Source of the DNA: a virus
Lineage: Duplodnaviria; Caudoviricetes
IMG/VR virus record: IMGVR_UViG_3300045557_000080
Span: 1-42,699 of that record
Strand: one strand, 5' to 3'
DNA length: 42,699 bases
Shown here: positions 27,808 to 36,071 of the stretch, piece after piece
Layout of the letters: each line of letters starts with the position of its first letter
Numbering within the stretch: the first letter of the stretch is position 1
Position numbers and translations under genes: made by a program
Notes under the pieces: model-generated
Database searches by the model: none
The model's input: only the letters and a program-made list of their open reading frames with translations
Told to the model about the DNA's origin: nothing

Positions 27808-28428
27808 TTATTTCCGTTTACGCTGTGTCGCCTTCATGACAATATCCGCAATAATGATGCCTGTTTCAGTCAGGTCTCTGCTTTGCGCCACCAGACCCCG
27901 TTTATTCATGACGGCCAGCTGCGCCCTGGTTATTAAAATCAGATTGTCTAACGTCACGTTCAACGGATTGCTATCTGCAAAGATCAGGCAGTGGCCTTTG
28001 GGAATCGGACCGTTCGACGCCTCCCAGATCAAGCGGTGCTTTTGCCGCCATTTGTTTGGATCGGCAATCTTAACCACAACATATCCGTCAGTATTGACCA
28101 GTTCCGTGCCGACAGGCTTGTAATTTTGTGGCCTATTCCCTTTTTTGAACTGCGTTTCTTCGCCGCCGGCATAAGTCTTTTTTCCGCCCTTGTTCCACGG
28201 GACTAAACCTTTCTTAAACTGCGTAGCAATTCCGACGGTAGCGCCTTTTTCTAATCGCCGTACTATCCCGTTCTTCAATCCGTTTCTCATCGATAGGCTC
28301 ATAATTTTCGGCGCTGAAATATTTGTCCCGAAATGAGCATTAAACATATCAGCCATTTCCGCGTGGCTGCGTCCCTTGATGCTGTCCGCGATGAACCGGA
28401 TCTGCTCGTCAGTGTACTTCCTGCCCAT
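27808..28428 (-). CDS. HNH endonuclease (HNH_3 type)
   Basis: FKKG..PWNKG repeats, KHRLIWEASNGPIPKGH..IF.D.N.LN..LDNL. Confidence 0.9.
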   Translation of the reverse strand: MGRKYTDEQIRFIADSIKGRSHAEMADMFNAHFGTNISAPKIMSLSMRNGLKNGIVRRLEKGATVGIATQFKKGLVPWNKGGKKTYAGGEETQFKKGNRPQNYKPVGTELVNTDGYVVVKIADPNKWRQKHRLIWEASNGPIPKGHCLIFADSNPLNVTLDNLILITRAQLAVMNKRGLVAQSRDLTETGIIIADIVMKATQRKRK

Positions 28429-28676
28429 TACGCGTCAATCATCTTAAGCAGAGTCGACTGGTTGCTTTCGCTTTTCACGCCACCGCCAAGTGAAGCCATG
28501 ATTGCCTGCGCCTTTACGACCGTCTGTGCGTTTGCGATAATCTGCTGCGCAACATCGGTCACGGCCCTAGCCCGCAAAATCTCCTCGCCCAATTTATCAC
28601 CGACCAATTCCTCATCGCCCAGTCGCTCCAGCTGTGCGAACAAATGATTGTTCAAGTCAGAAAGTTTATTTTTCAT
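28428..28676 (-). CDS. conserved phage protein
   Basis: MKNKLSDLNNHLFAQLERL motif typical upstream of this HNH family. Confidence 0.8.
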   Translation of the reverse strand: MKNKLSDLNNHLFAQLERLGDEELVGDKLGEEILRARAVTDVAQQIIANAQTVVKAQAIMASLGGGVKSESNQSTLLKMIDA

Positions 28677-28705
28677 TAAGGACTCCTCCTGTTATTGAAA
28701 ATATC

Positions 28706-28880
28706 TCTGGGGCCGGGATTCGAACCCGGTACACTTGCCTTATCCCAATATCGACCATCCATTCGCCTCGTTACGGCGAAAGCTCACGTTCACTCAGCTA
28801 TGCCGGCGCTTTTTATAACTTTGCTACTGTCGATATGGTGTGTCGCCAAAGCCTCGCGTGTCCCACCACGCCGCCCCAGT
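28706..28880 (-). ncRNA. tRNA-like RNA with long structured insert replacing anticodon loop
   Basis: Acceptor CUGGGG/CCCCAG, D-arm GCGU/ACGC with GG in loop, perfect T-arm CCGGG-UUCGAAU-CCCGG; no encoded CCA. Confidence 0.6.
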
Positions 28881-28884
28881 TTTT

Positions 28885-29166
28885 TTATAACCCTGGAAGT
28901 ATCAACACCGTTGCACCTGGCGGGATTTTCATCTCCGTCCCGTGCCAATAATCCGTTTCTGCCAGTGTTCCGCCGAACTCTTCGCGAAGTCGTTCGATCA
29001 TTTGTTTGGCAATATCGCGCGTAAGTTCTCCGCGAGAACCGGCAAGTATCACCTCATAGCCTTCATCTTTCAAATGAGCAACAACTTCATCAAACGAGAG
29101 ATCAACGTCGACCTCGACTTCCTGCGTAACGGTTGTGGAAAAGGTTTTTCCCCGCTTCCTTGCCAT
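28885..29166 (-). CDS. hypothetical phage protein
   Basis: Operon-packed ORF. Confidence 0.6.
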   Translation of the reverse strand: MARKRGKTFSTTVTQEVEVDVDLSFDEVVAHLKDEGYEVILAGSRGELTRDIAKQMIERLREEFGGTLAETDYWHGTEMKIPPGATVLILPGL

Positions 29167-29457
29167 CTACGCCACCACGCTTTTGCTTCTCTTGATCCGG
29201 TGATAAACCGCATCGGCAGTCATGCCGTACATATCACCGATTTGCTGGTAAGTCATTGTGCTTTTCATTTCTGCCATAAAGGCGGTATCGACTTCGGTCA
29301 GAGTCATCGTGGCAGCCGCGTTCGTCGGTCCTTTTCTTGCCCGCAGCCTGATGATTCTTCCCCTCTCCAAACTCAGCATCGCCGCATCCGGCGTCAAAAA
29401 CTCTGGTGATAATACGGCAAGCATCAGTGCCGCATAGTTTTCTTCCATCAATATCAC
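29167..29457 (-). CDS. HTH-containing phage protein
   Basis: ENYAALMLAV; MTYQQIGDMYGMTADAVYHRIKR. Confidence 0.7.
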   Translation of the reverse strand: MILMEENYAALMLAVLSPEFLTPDAAMLSLERGRIIRLRARKGPTNAAATMTLTEVDTAFMAEMKSTMTYQQIGDMYGMTADAVYHRIKRSKSVVA

Positions 29458-29529
29458 CCCATTTGTTAATCAATATGGGCTTGTGCTATAATTTTGGTGT
29501 TGGAATTTCCCTTTGAATCGCTTGTGTTC

Positions 29530-29970
29530 TCAGCACAGGCGGTTCTTCTTTTTTCCCGAAAACAGATATGCCATCCCAGCACTGACCATTTCGTCCACTT
29601 CTTTCCGGGCCGTTGCCAGAGCAGCCACCGTGCCGGCGCAGGCTGCTGTTACCATTTCCCTGGACAGATCGGCGACATCAGCCATTTCTTTTTGCAGGAA
29701 TAACACCGCTGTCGACTCGGATCGGTGTTCGAACTTCGGCAAACACTCTTTACCGACCGGGCACGCTTCTGTCATGTGCCGATACGCCAGCATTGGATCG
29801 TTGTAGACATCTGCCATCTTTATCACCAGGTCGCACGGCATTCTGGTTTCGCCCCTCTCGTAAGCCCCCAGTGATTCAACCGATACACTGAGCAGTTCCG
29901 ATACAGATTCCCGTGATAGATTTGCCTCGATTCTAGACAAATAGTAGATGTTTTTGCCTTCCTTACACAT
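29530..29970 (-). CDS. XRE-family HTH regulator (CII-like phage regulator)
   Basis: LSRESVSELLSVSVESLGAYERGET..PCDLVIKMADVY..P.LAY.H...CPVG. Confidence 0.8.
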   Translation of the reverse strand: MCKEGKNIYYLSRIEANLSRESVSELLSVSVESLGAYERGETRMPCDLVIKMADVYNDPMLAYRHMTEACPVGKECLPKFEHRSESTAVLFLQKEMADVADLSREMVTAACAGTVAALATARKEVDEMVSAGMAYLFSGKKKNRLC

Positions 29971-30002
29971 TCACGTTCACCCCTTTCTGCGCTATGATAT
30001 TG

Positions 30003-30191
30003 TCAAGGAACCAGGATTAACATCATGAAGAAAACCACAACTGCTATCATTGTAAAAATTACCAACTTCCGCATCGATCGCGGTTTATAACAGTTTTGAT
30101 TCAACCTACGTTCTAGGCAAACCGAGCAGGGTTTTTCATCGGGAGCCGTTTCAAAATACCAGCACGAAAAGCAATCCTTTATCTCGCTCAT
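30003..30191 (-). CDS. small Cys-rich membrane-anchored protein
   Basis: CFSC...PCSVC plus C-terminal hydrophobic helix. Confidence 0.55.
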   Translation of the reverse strand: MSEIKDCFSCWYFETAPDEKPCSVCLERRLNQNCYKPRSMRKLVIFTMIAVVVFFMMLILVP

Positions 30192-30292
30192 TTCGCCACC
30201 AGCGCCACCCAGAGAGCGATCAGGCTCATGCCGGCAATAATCCCTTTCGTGTGTTCGTTACGCTGTAGTTTTACCGCTTCTTGCGTTTTCAT
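30188..30292 (-). CDS. 34-aa membrane peptide (not in ORF track)
   Basis: MKTQEAVKLQRNEHTKGIIAGMSLIALWVALVAK; GGGGTG RBS, ATGA overlap with next gene. Confidence 0.5.
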   Translation of the reverse strand: MKTQEAVKLQRNEHTKGIIAGMSLIALWVALVAK

Positions 30293-30295
30293 CTT

Positions 30296-30703
30296 TCACC
30301 CCGCTTTTGTCGCTGGTAGTTCTGTCGGTACCCACTCAACCACAAACTTGACCGCCGTCCCAAACTTCTTACGCGGGATCTCTCTGTAAGACGGAACGCC
30401 CATTTCGTTTTTGAGGTCCCGCCACACCGCCGAAAACATCCGCTTGCTGTTCTGGTTATAGTCCAGGCCGCATTCCGCAAGGAACGTGCGCACTCGTTGC
30501 GCCACCGTGTTTTGGACCATCGCCGCTTGCCGGCAAGTGATGAATACGTCGTTTTCCACCACTGAAGTTAGAACTTCAATCTTTTCGTCTTGCTGATCAA
30601 CGCGGTTTGCAATTCTTTCAAAGCTCTCCAGCATCTTCCGCAAAAACATGGCTTCCCGTTTTTCCGGGGTCATTTGTGCCAAGTCGCCACTCATGTTATC
30701 CAA
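30296..30703 (-). CDS. ORF6C-domain (antirepressor C-terminal) protein
   Basis: FSAVWRDLKNEMGVPSYREIPRKKFGTAVKFVVEW motif. Confidence 0.8.
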   Translation of the reverse strand: MDNMSGDLAQMTPEKREAMFLRKMLESFERIANRVDQQDEKIEVLTSVVENDVFITCRQAAMVQNTVAQRVRTFLAECGLDYNQNSKRMFSAVWRDLKNEMGVPSYREIPRKKFGTAVKFVVEWVPTELPATKAG

Positions 30704-31715
30704 CCTCCCTTAACTCTTGTGTTATGGTGTTTTCTTTACTGGGGATGATGGCCGCATCGCGCAGATCCCGGCAGAGTTTTTCCAGCGCTGCGATCGATGA
30801 TTCGTATTTGCGCTGTGCTTGCGGACTGATGCGCGCATATTCTTGACCCATGTAGCCGAGTGATGACATATCCCGGACAAAGTTGTTGATCCTGCTGGTG
30901 AAGAAGTCTACTCGCATGGCCAAATCGTCGCGCCGATCTCCGGTTGATTGTTTTGACTGAAGCTCGGCTTCAAGGATCGCTACCTTGCTTCGGGCTTCTT
31001 CCAGCGCTTTGGTCATGGATTCAGGGATAACCGGTTTTTCAACAATCTTTTCAACTACTGTCGGTTCCGATTGCATTGCGAGATCTTCGGTCATTAGCTC
31101 CAGTTTTTTGTTTTCGTCCTGTAGCTTTGAGATAGTCAGGTCTTTTACCGTCAAAAAAGAATTCGTGTTGCGTTCTCGGATTAAGGCGTTTTCCAGCTCC
31201 TCTTGTTGTTTTTGCAGTTTTTTCGCCTGGTCTTGAATAACCTTGTCGGCTTCCTTCTTCGCCCGGATCGCCTCGGCCAGTTCGCGTGCGGTCATTTCGT
31301 CAACGGTTTTCTGCTGGCCGCCCACGTCATGACTTGATTTGATGAAATCTTCCCGGTCAGCGGCAGGAACGTCGAGCAAGGCAATTGCCTTTGAAGGAGT
31401 CAAAAACGAATACGTGTTCGTTTTTCCGTATTCTTCCGCCACCTTCATGAACTGCTGCGCCCGACGGGTCGAAAGTTCGAGATTATCTCCCAACCACCGT
31501 TCCCAGCTTCCATGACTGACCTGTGATTTTGCTTCGATCAGTCGCTTGCCGATCTCGATGATGTTCGCCGCTGTCTGCTGCGACAGGATTTTGATTTCCG
31601 CCACCAGTTGGCTGAGTTGGTTATGTCCTGTCGGCGCCGGTGTGCTCTCCATATGCTCCATCATCTCCTTCAGTTGCGACAGATCGTCGCTATGGTTTCC
31701 GAACTCTGTAGTCAC
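30696..31715 (-). CDS. DUF3102-domain phage protein
   Basis: IIEIGKRLIEAKSQVSHGSWERWL...STRRAQQFMKVAEEYG; coiled-coil C-terminus. Confidence 0.85.
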   Translation of the reverse strand: MTTEFGNHSDDLSQLKEMMEHMESTPAPTGHNQLSQLVAEIKILSQQTAANIIEIGKRLIEAKSQVSHGSWERWLGDNLELSTRRAQQFMKVAEEYGKTNTYSFLTPSKAIALLDVPAADREDFIKSSHDVGGQQKTVDEMTARELAEAIRAKKEADKVIQDQAKKLQKQQEELENALIRERNTNSFLTVKDLTISKLQDENKKLELMTEDLAMQSEPTVVEKIVEKPVIPESMTKALEEARSKVAILEAELQSKQSTGDRRDDLAMRVDFFTSRINNFVRDMSSLGYMGQEYARISPQAQRKYESSIAALEKLCRDLRDAAIIPSKENTITQELREVG

Positions 31716-31858
31716 TGCGCTTCACCTGCCTTTGCTTTTTTCTCTGCAGCCAAGCTGATAGCGGCTTTGTTTAAAAGCCACCGCCACCCTGCTTCCATGG
31801 CTTTTTCGTCCGGGGTGAACGTTTCTATATAGATTATTTCAACCGGCTTTTTTGCCAT
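31712..31858 (-). CDS. 48-aa phage protein (not in ORF track)
   Basis: MAKKPVEIIYIETFTPDEKAMEAGWRWLLNKAAISLAAEKKAKAGEAQ; AGGGGG RBS; GTGA overlap with DUF3102 gene. Confidence 0.6.
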   Translation of the reverse strand: MAKKPVEIIYIETFTPDEKAMEAGWRWLLNKAAISLAAEKKAKAGEAQ

Positions 31859-31968
31859 CGCTGTTGCCCCCTAGCTTTGCCAAATCAAGACTGGCCAATC
31901 TGTTTGCAGGAATCACTGTCGCTTTGTGGAAGCTTTTCTGGTGATTTATTTCATCGGGAGGGGTCCGT

Positions 31969-32463
31969 GTGAACCGCGCTCACTATCTTTGGGATATCGA
32001 TATTCAATCAGTACCATTGGCATGGGATAATCATTTGCAAAACGCAAAAAGGAATTTTCCCGACGGGACTATTGTTCATTGGGAGACTGATGGCAAGCCA
32101 TATTCCACACTTATGCATCCAACGTTAATGCACTCGCGAATCATCTCAACGTTTAATCACTACAAAAATACTGCAAGGGAGATCATGCGACATGGCCCGT
32201 TCACCCCAAGAACCTTCGTCCCAAAAATTCTCGAATGTGATGTTGCACTATACAACTTGTTGCTAGAATGGCTGCTCGATAACTCTTCTGAGTGCAAAAA
32301 CCCATTTGAGTATTTTGCAAACAAAGAATATTTAAACTACCGGCTTTACTTTACCGACGACCTGATTTGCGACGAACTGATTCGCCTTGGCGTCTGTGAT
32401 AATGATCCTAGGTTGGTTCCCTACCTTTTCGATCAAAACGACCTGACGCCAAAAGGGCTTTGA
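31969..32463 (+). CDS. hypothetical moron protein
   Basis: GGAGGGG RBS, opposite strand to early operon, lower GC. Confidence 0.6.
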   Translation: MNRAHYLWDIDIQSVPLAWDNHLQNAKRNFPDGTIVHWETDGKPYSTLMHPTLMHSRIISTFNHYKNTAREIMRHGPFTPRTFVPKILECDVALYNLLLEWLLDNSSECKNPFEYFANKEYLNYRLYFTDDLICDELIRLGVCDNDPRLVPYLFDQNDLTPKGL

Positions 32464-32608
32464 TGTATGCCATGCTTTTTACTCTAACGAATTCACTAAA
32501 AAACACTGCCCTATTCACACGTTCCTGCCCATATTGTTCAACCAGTGCCTGATACATTTGGGCTTCAGCATCTGATCGCGGTTCAAAAACAACATTGACC
32601 TCTATCAT
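32408..32608 (-). CDS. hypothetical protein
   Basis: AGGGGA RBS within the repeat element. Confidence 0.55.
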   Translation of the reverse strand: MIEVNVVFEPRSDAEAQMYQALVEQYGQERVNRAVFFSEFVRVKSMAYIKALLASGRFDRKGREPT

Positions 32609-32612
32609 TCCC

Positions 32613-32768
32613 CTACCCCGCCTTTCTCGGTTTGTCTATTTTCAGCACTTCCGCCAGTTTTATCTGAACAAACGCATTCTTAGAAATTCCCAAGGCAGCC
32701 GACATCTCGGCAATCTTGGTTTCCAACTCTGGCGTAAATCGGTAAGTCCCCTTCTTTTTTGCCGTCAC
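32613..32768 (-). CDS. ribbon-helix-helix DNA-binding protein (not in ORF track)
   Basis: MTAKKKGTYRFTPELETKIAEMSAALGISKNAFVQIKLAEVL...; GAGGTG RBS. Confidence 0.75.
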   Translation of the reverse strand: MTAKKKGTYRFTPELETKIAEMSAALGISKNAFVQIKLAEVLKIDKPRKAG

Positions 32769-32884
32769 TTTTCGTCACCTCGCCTTCATTATAATTTGCC
32801 GTCTTGGTGCCGTCAATATGCCAACAAAATTATTTTTCCGGTACAGTAAAGAAAAAGCCGTCAAGGAGGGTTTATTGTGCCGTC
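32761..32884. promoter_or_regulatory. divergent promoter/operator region of RHH pair
   Basis: Leftward TTGACG-17-TATAAT (32816-32788); GCCGTC direct repeats at 32761, 32798, 32809, 32857, 32879. Confidence 0.75.
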
Positions 32885-33050
32885 TGATTTGCCGAAGTTC
32901 ACCATGCGGGTAGACCAAACAACTCTCGACAAACTCCGCTACATCGCCGACAATAACTTCCGCACCATCAACAAAGAACTGGAAATGCTGGTCAAGCAAC
33001 ACATCGCCGCTTACGAAGCCGCCAACGGACCGATCAAGGTTGGTGAGTGA
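32877..33050 (+). CDS. Arc-family RHH repressor (not in ORF track)
   Basis: MPSDLPKFTMRVDQTTLDKLRYIADNNFRTINKELEMLVKQHI...; AAGGAGG RBS. Confidence 0.85.
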   Translation: MPSDLPKFTMRVDQTTLDKLRYIADNNFRTINKELEMLVKQHIAAYEAANGPIKVGE

Positions 33051-33970
33051 TTATGGAAAACGAGCAGGTTCCGGTTCGATTACACCTGACAGGCCCCGCC
33101 TTTGAGCATCGAGGGTCCTTGCTAAAAGTTGATCTGCTTTCGTTTTCTCGAACAATCTTAGACGTACAATGCTTGCTTGACAGGTCTTATGCTGTTGCTA
33201 GCGGTACGCGCCGTTTATCAAAAAGAGACAGGCAAGAGTTCAAGCTCATTGCTAACCGAATTAAACCAGGATCTCTTGATATAGAGGCCATGCTGAATTA
33301 TTCCCCATTAATGGTTCCGCTAATAACCGGAGTAATCCCAACAGCTTACAAAGTAGTAAAGAACTCAATTGAAGCTTTTGAACTCGGGAAAAAAATTCGC
33401 AAAATGTTTTCTGATAGCAAGCCTGCCGGGAATACCACAACAAATAACTACTATGGTCCAGTTACACAGATTACGGCCAAAAAAGTAATCATCACTAATC
33501 CGTTAACCCAAGAGACCGTTGAGGCAGATCCCGAGATTTACGTGACTGCTGTTCAATCCAGCCGAACCCACGAACGGTTGCTGCAAAACATGAATCAAGA
33601 CAGCGTAACGGGGTTCAGTCTTTCAACAACCGATAATTTGTTAAAAATGGAGACTTCCGTCAAAGACAAGTATTTATATAAACCCCAATTGCGCCTTGAT
33701 GAAACAATACAAAAGTATCGTGTAAAACTTCACGCCTTAGACGTTGAAACAAACTCAGGAGAACTACGTTTGTACGAAGAAGAAAAATTGTCAGTTCCTA
33801 TTCGATTCACCATTATCGGAGCTCAAGACTTGCAGGATTACAGTATGGCCTTGAATATGGACGTACTTACGGTCAACGCATTGCCTGAGTATAAATCTGA
33901 CCTCAGCGGGAGGAGTCTCGTGCGCCTTCACATCGCCAGCATTACACTGACCGCTAAACAAACTTCTTAG
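33047..33970 (+). CDS. hypothetical protein coupled to Arc gene (possible defence effector)
   Basis: 307-aa ORF overlapping the Arc stop; lower GC; function not recognised. Confidence 0.75.
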   Translation: MIMENEQVPVRLHLTGPAFEHRGSLLKVDLLSFSRTILDVQCLLDRSYAVASGTRRLSKRDRQEFKLIANRIKPGSLDIEAMLNYSPLMVPLITGVIPTAYKVVKNSIEAFELGKKIRKMFSDSKPAGNTTTNNYYGPVTQITAKKVIITNPLTQETVEADPEIYVTAVQSSRTHERLLQNMNQDSVTGFSLSTTDNLLKMETSVKDKYLYKPQLRLDETIQKYRVKLHALDVETNSGELRLYEEEKLSVPIRFTIIGAQDLQDYSMALNMDVLTVNALPEYKSDLSGRSLVRLHIASITLTAKQTS

Positions 33971-34150
33971 CCAAAAGGCACCGCCAACCCAAACGGCAAT
34001 TAGTTCCCTAATCCAAGAACAAGGACCATAAAGCCAGCAGGTGCACGGATAATACGAGAAGGTTTCGCACTGTACAATTACCTGGTCATCAACTTTGACA
34101 GTATGCTTGACCATATAGCCCCTATCCCGCCTTTCTCGGTTTGTCTATTC

Positions 34151-34417
34151 TTATAGCGCGCTTAAAAACTCCGTCTCCGTTAACACTCGCACTCCCAGTT
34201 CCTGCGCTCGGTGTAGCCTGCTGCCGCTATCGGTTCCAACAACCAAATAATCTGTTGTTCTGGTTACAATGCTAGATACCGTTCCGCCACGTTTTTCAAT
34301 CTCTGCTGCGGCCTCACCGCGAGCCATCGTTTCAAGAGTTCCTGTCATGACAAAGTTTTTGCCGGCAAATTTTTGCTCCACTTGGCTGTTTGCAGTTTCA
34401 TTGGTTTTCATCATCAT
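34151..34417 (-). CDS. stand-alone BRCT domain protein (LigA C-terminal-like)
   Basis: FAGKNFVMTGTL...R.EA...IE.RGG.VSS.V...TDYLVVG...GSRL..A..LGV.VL.E.EF. Confidence 0.9.
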   Translation of the reverse strand: MMMKTNETANSQVEQKFAGKNFVMTGTLETMARGEAAAEIEKRGGTVSSIVTRTTDYLVVGTDSGSRLHRAQELGVRVLTETEFLSAL

Positions 34418-34467
34418 CCCGCCTTTCTCGGTTTGTTGTCATTTTGTGCGCTTGTAGACGGTTTTTG

Positions 34468-34707
34468 TTATGCAGTATCAATAAGCGAATCGCTTACTTT
34501 GTAACGTGACAAATCATTAAGTTTTTCTACCGATACCCCCAAAACCTTTGCGATAGCGCAGGCTTCCCAAAGATAAAGGTCTCGTTTGAACTGCCTGTTT
34601 CTCAACGATGACAGCGTCTGCATTGATATCCCCGTTTGTTCCGCAACAAATTTCATTTTTATCCCGCTCTCTCTCAAGGCTCGATCAAGTGCAGTTTGTT
34701 CTTTCAT
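34468..34707 (-). CDS. Cro-like HTH regulator (switch 2)
   Basis: GIKMKFVAEQTGISMQTLSSL...EACAIAKVLGVSVE; divergent from XRE gene. Confidence 0.85.
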   Translation of the reverse strand: MKEQTALDRALRESGIKMKFVAEQTGISMQTLSSLRNRQFKRDLYLWEACAIAKVLGVSVEKLNDLSRYKVSDSLIDTA

Positions 34708-34721
34708 TTCATCACCGCCTT

Positions 34722-34827
34722 TAAGCGTATCGCTTATTTGATTATATTTTATATAAGCGTTTCGCTCATGTCAATAGAAAAATAAGCAAATCGCTCATTT
34801 ATTTTTCCGTAATATGCGATATGCTTA
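34722..34827. promoter_or_regulatory. operators TAAGCG-N3-CGCTTA and leftward promoter of switch 2
   Basis: Palindromes at 34722, 34754, 34783, 34813, plus a distal copy at 34482; TTGACA-17-TAAAAT on minus strand from 34774. Confidence 0.8.
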
Positions 34828-34846
34828 TACTAGGAGGTGTGTTGAT

Positions 34847-35245
34847 ATGGCAAATGATTATGCGCCGGTTTTATCCACTCGTTTGAAATTATCAAGAAAA
34901 AAAACCGGCTTCACTCAAGCAAAAATCGCTGATTTGTTGAACATTGAAATCGGCACGCTTTCTGGTTACGAAAGAGGATATCGACGTCCGAGTACGGACA
35001 TGCTTGCGGGATTGGCCCAGCTCTACGGCGTCAGCACTGACTATCTTCTCGGTCGCGTCGACTCTCCGACCGACTCACTTATCCCCATCACCACTGAACC
35101 GCTCGACCCATCGATTGACCGCATGAACGATCCAATCATGGATGGAATCATGGATAATTTGCAGTTGATGACGCCGGAGGAGCGAGAAACGTTTTGGCGG
35201 CTGTCGCAGTCTGTTGTAAACAGGACTACAAAAGGTGTTAGTTGA
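34847..35245 (+). CDS. XRE-family repressor (ImmR-like, no peptidase domain)
   Basis: RLKLSRKKTGFTQAKIADLLNI..GTLSGYERGYRRPS...LAQLYGVSTDYLLGR. Confidence 0.9.
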   Translation: MANDYAPVLSTRLKLSRKKTGFTQAKIADLLNIEIGTLSGYERGYRRPSTDMLAGLAQLYGVSTDYLLGRVDSPTDSLIPITTEPLDPSIDRMNDPIMDGIMDNLQLMTPEERETFWRLSQSVVNRTTKGVS

Positions 35246-35704
35246 CCCATCGGGACAGAGTTTTGCTGATGATGTTCCGCCAGATGAAATAAAGCTGAAA
35301 ATTGAGCCGCGAGAATTCTGATTCTGGCTCCCCAAAATTGGGGAGTGAGTTTTTAATAATTTCAATGTCCCGCAATACAAGGATTCCATCTGATTGAACG
35401 CGGCGATGTACTGCTCTTTCCACTGTGCCGCTTTCTTGCCAGTGAATCCCATTGCCAGAAATGTAAAGCCGTCACGGGTCACGAGAACCTCGGGTTGCTT
35501 TTTGTTCTGCTCGTTTCTGTAGGAGGACGGCTGAAAATTGAGCCGTCTAAATTCACCAGAACATTCAAGGTTTTCGATTGCTTGAAGTACGTTTTTGTGT
35601 TCCTTACCAAACTTCTGCGCCACCGCCCGGCTGCTCACAACCGGTACGCCGTGGCGGTCCAGCAGGCCGAAGTCTTGAAGCGGGATGATATTGCTCATGA
35701 TCAA
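35075..35704 (-). pseudogene. Rha-family regulator, intact N-terminal domain with scrambled 3' end
   Basis: SSRAVAQKFGKEHKNVLQAIENL, TRDGFTFLAMGFTGKKAAQWKEQYIAAFNQME, then unrelated sequence overlapping the convergent repressor. Confidence 0.7.
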
Positions 35705-35940
35705 GCACCCTTTTTCTTTATTGTGTTTTTTCGCATTTTATACGAGTTATCAATCAAAAAAATAGAATCGTCATCAGATCGAACAGCACTTTTAATCTTT
35801 GCAGCCAAAGTTACGTCAACATTCAGCTGCCTTCCCGTCTCAATATTACTGTATCTATCCAGCGTAATTCCTGCATTTTCAGCTACTTCTCGCTGAGTAA
35901 GGCCGGTTTTTTTGCGAGCAACCAGCAAATTAATGCGCAT
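35701..35940 (-). CDS. Cro-like HTH regulator (switch 1)
   Basis: ARKKTGLTQREVAENAGITLDRYSNIETG. Confidence 0.88.
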   Translation of the reverse strand: MRINLLVARKKTGLTQREVAENAGITLDRYSNIETGRQLNVDVTLAAKIKSAVRSDDDSIFLIDNSYKMRKNTIKKKGA

Positions 35941-35958
35941 CTTTCATCGCCTCTCTTT

Positions 35959-36025
35959 CGTATTTTATACGCTTATTATATGTCGTATTTTTTACGCTGT
36001 AAATAGCAAATACGTTATTTTTACG
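35959..36025. promoter_or_regulatory. operators of switch 1 (CGTATTTTATACG-like)
   Basis: Imperfect 13-bp palindromes at 35959, 35984, 36013, plus a distal copy at 35732. Confidence 0.75.
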
Positions 36026-36071
36026 AAATTATTGTGCGGTAAGAAAAAGAAACCTATACTGATGCTAAGAG

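Larger units (their letters stand above)
32611..34436. repeat. three copies of a 21-30 bp direct repeat (core CCCGCCTTTCTCGGTTTGT)
   Basis: Copies at 32611-32640, 34120-34149 (29/30 identical) and 34416-34436. Confidence 0.9.

Noticed and set aside
28706-28730. T-arm read as a normal tRNA gene or tRNA-derived att site
   Set aside because: No 7-nt anticodon loop or CCA; the integrase is a serine type with its junction in comM. Kept only as a tRNA-like RNA.
33791-34114. 107-aa minus-strand ORF as an intact gene
   Set aside because: Has an RBS from the repeat but runs 180 nt into the convergent 307-aa gene; probably a truncated remnant.
32611-34436. CRISPR array
   Set aside because: Only three repeat copies with spacings of about 1.5 kb and 0.3 kb containing genes; no cas genes.
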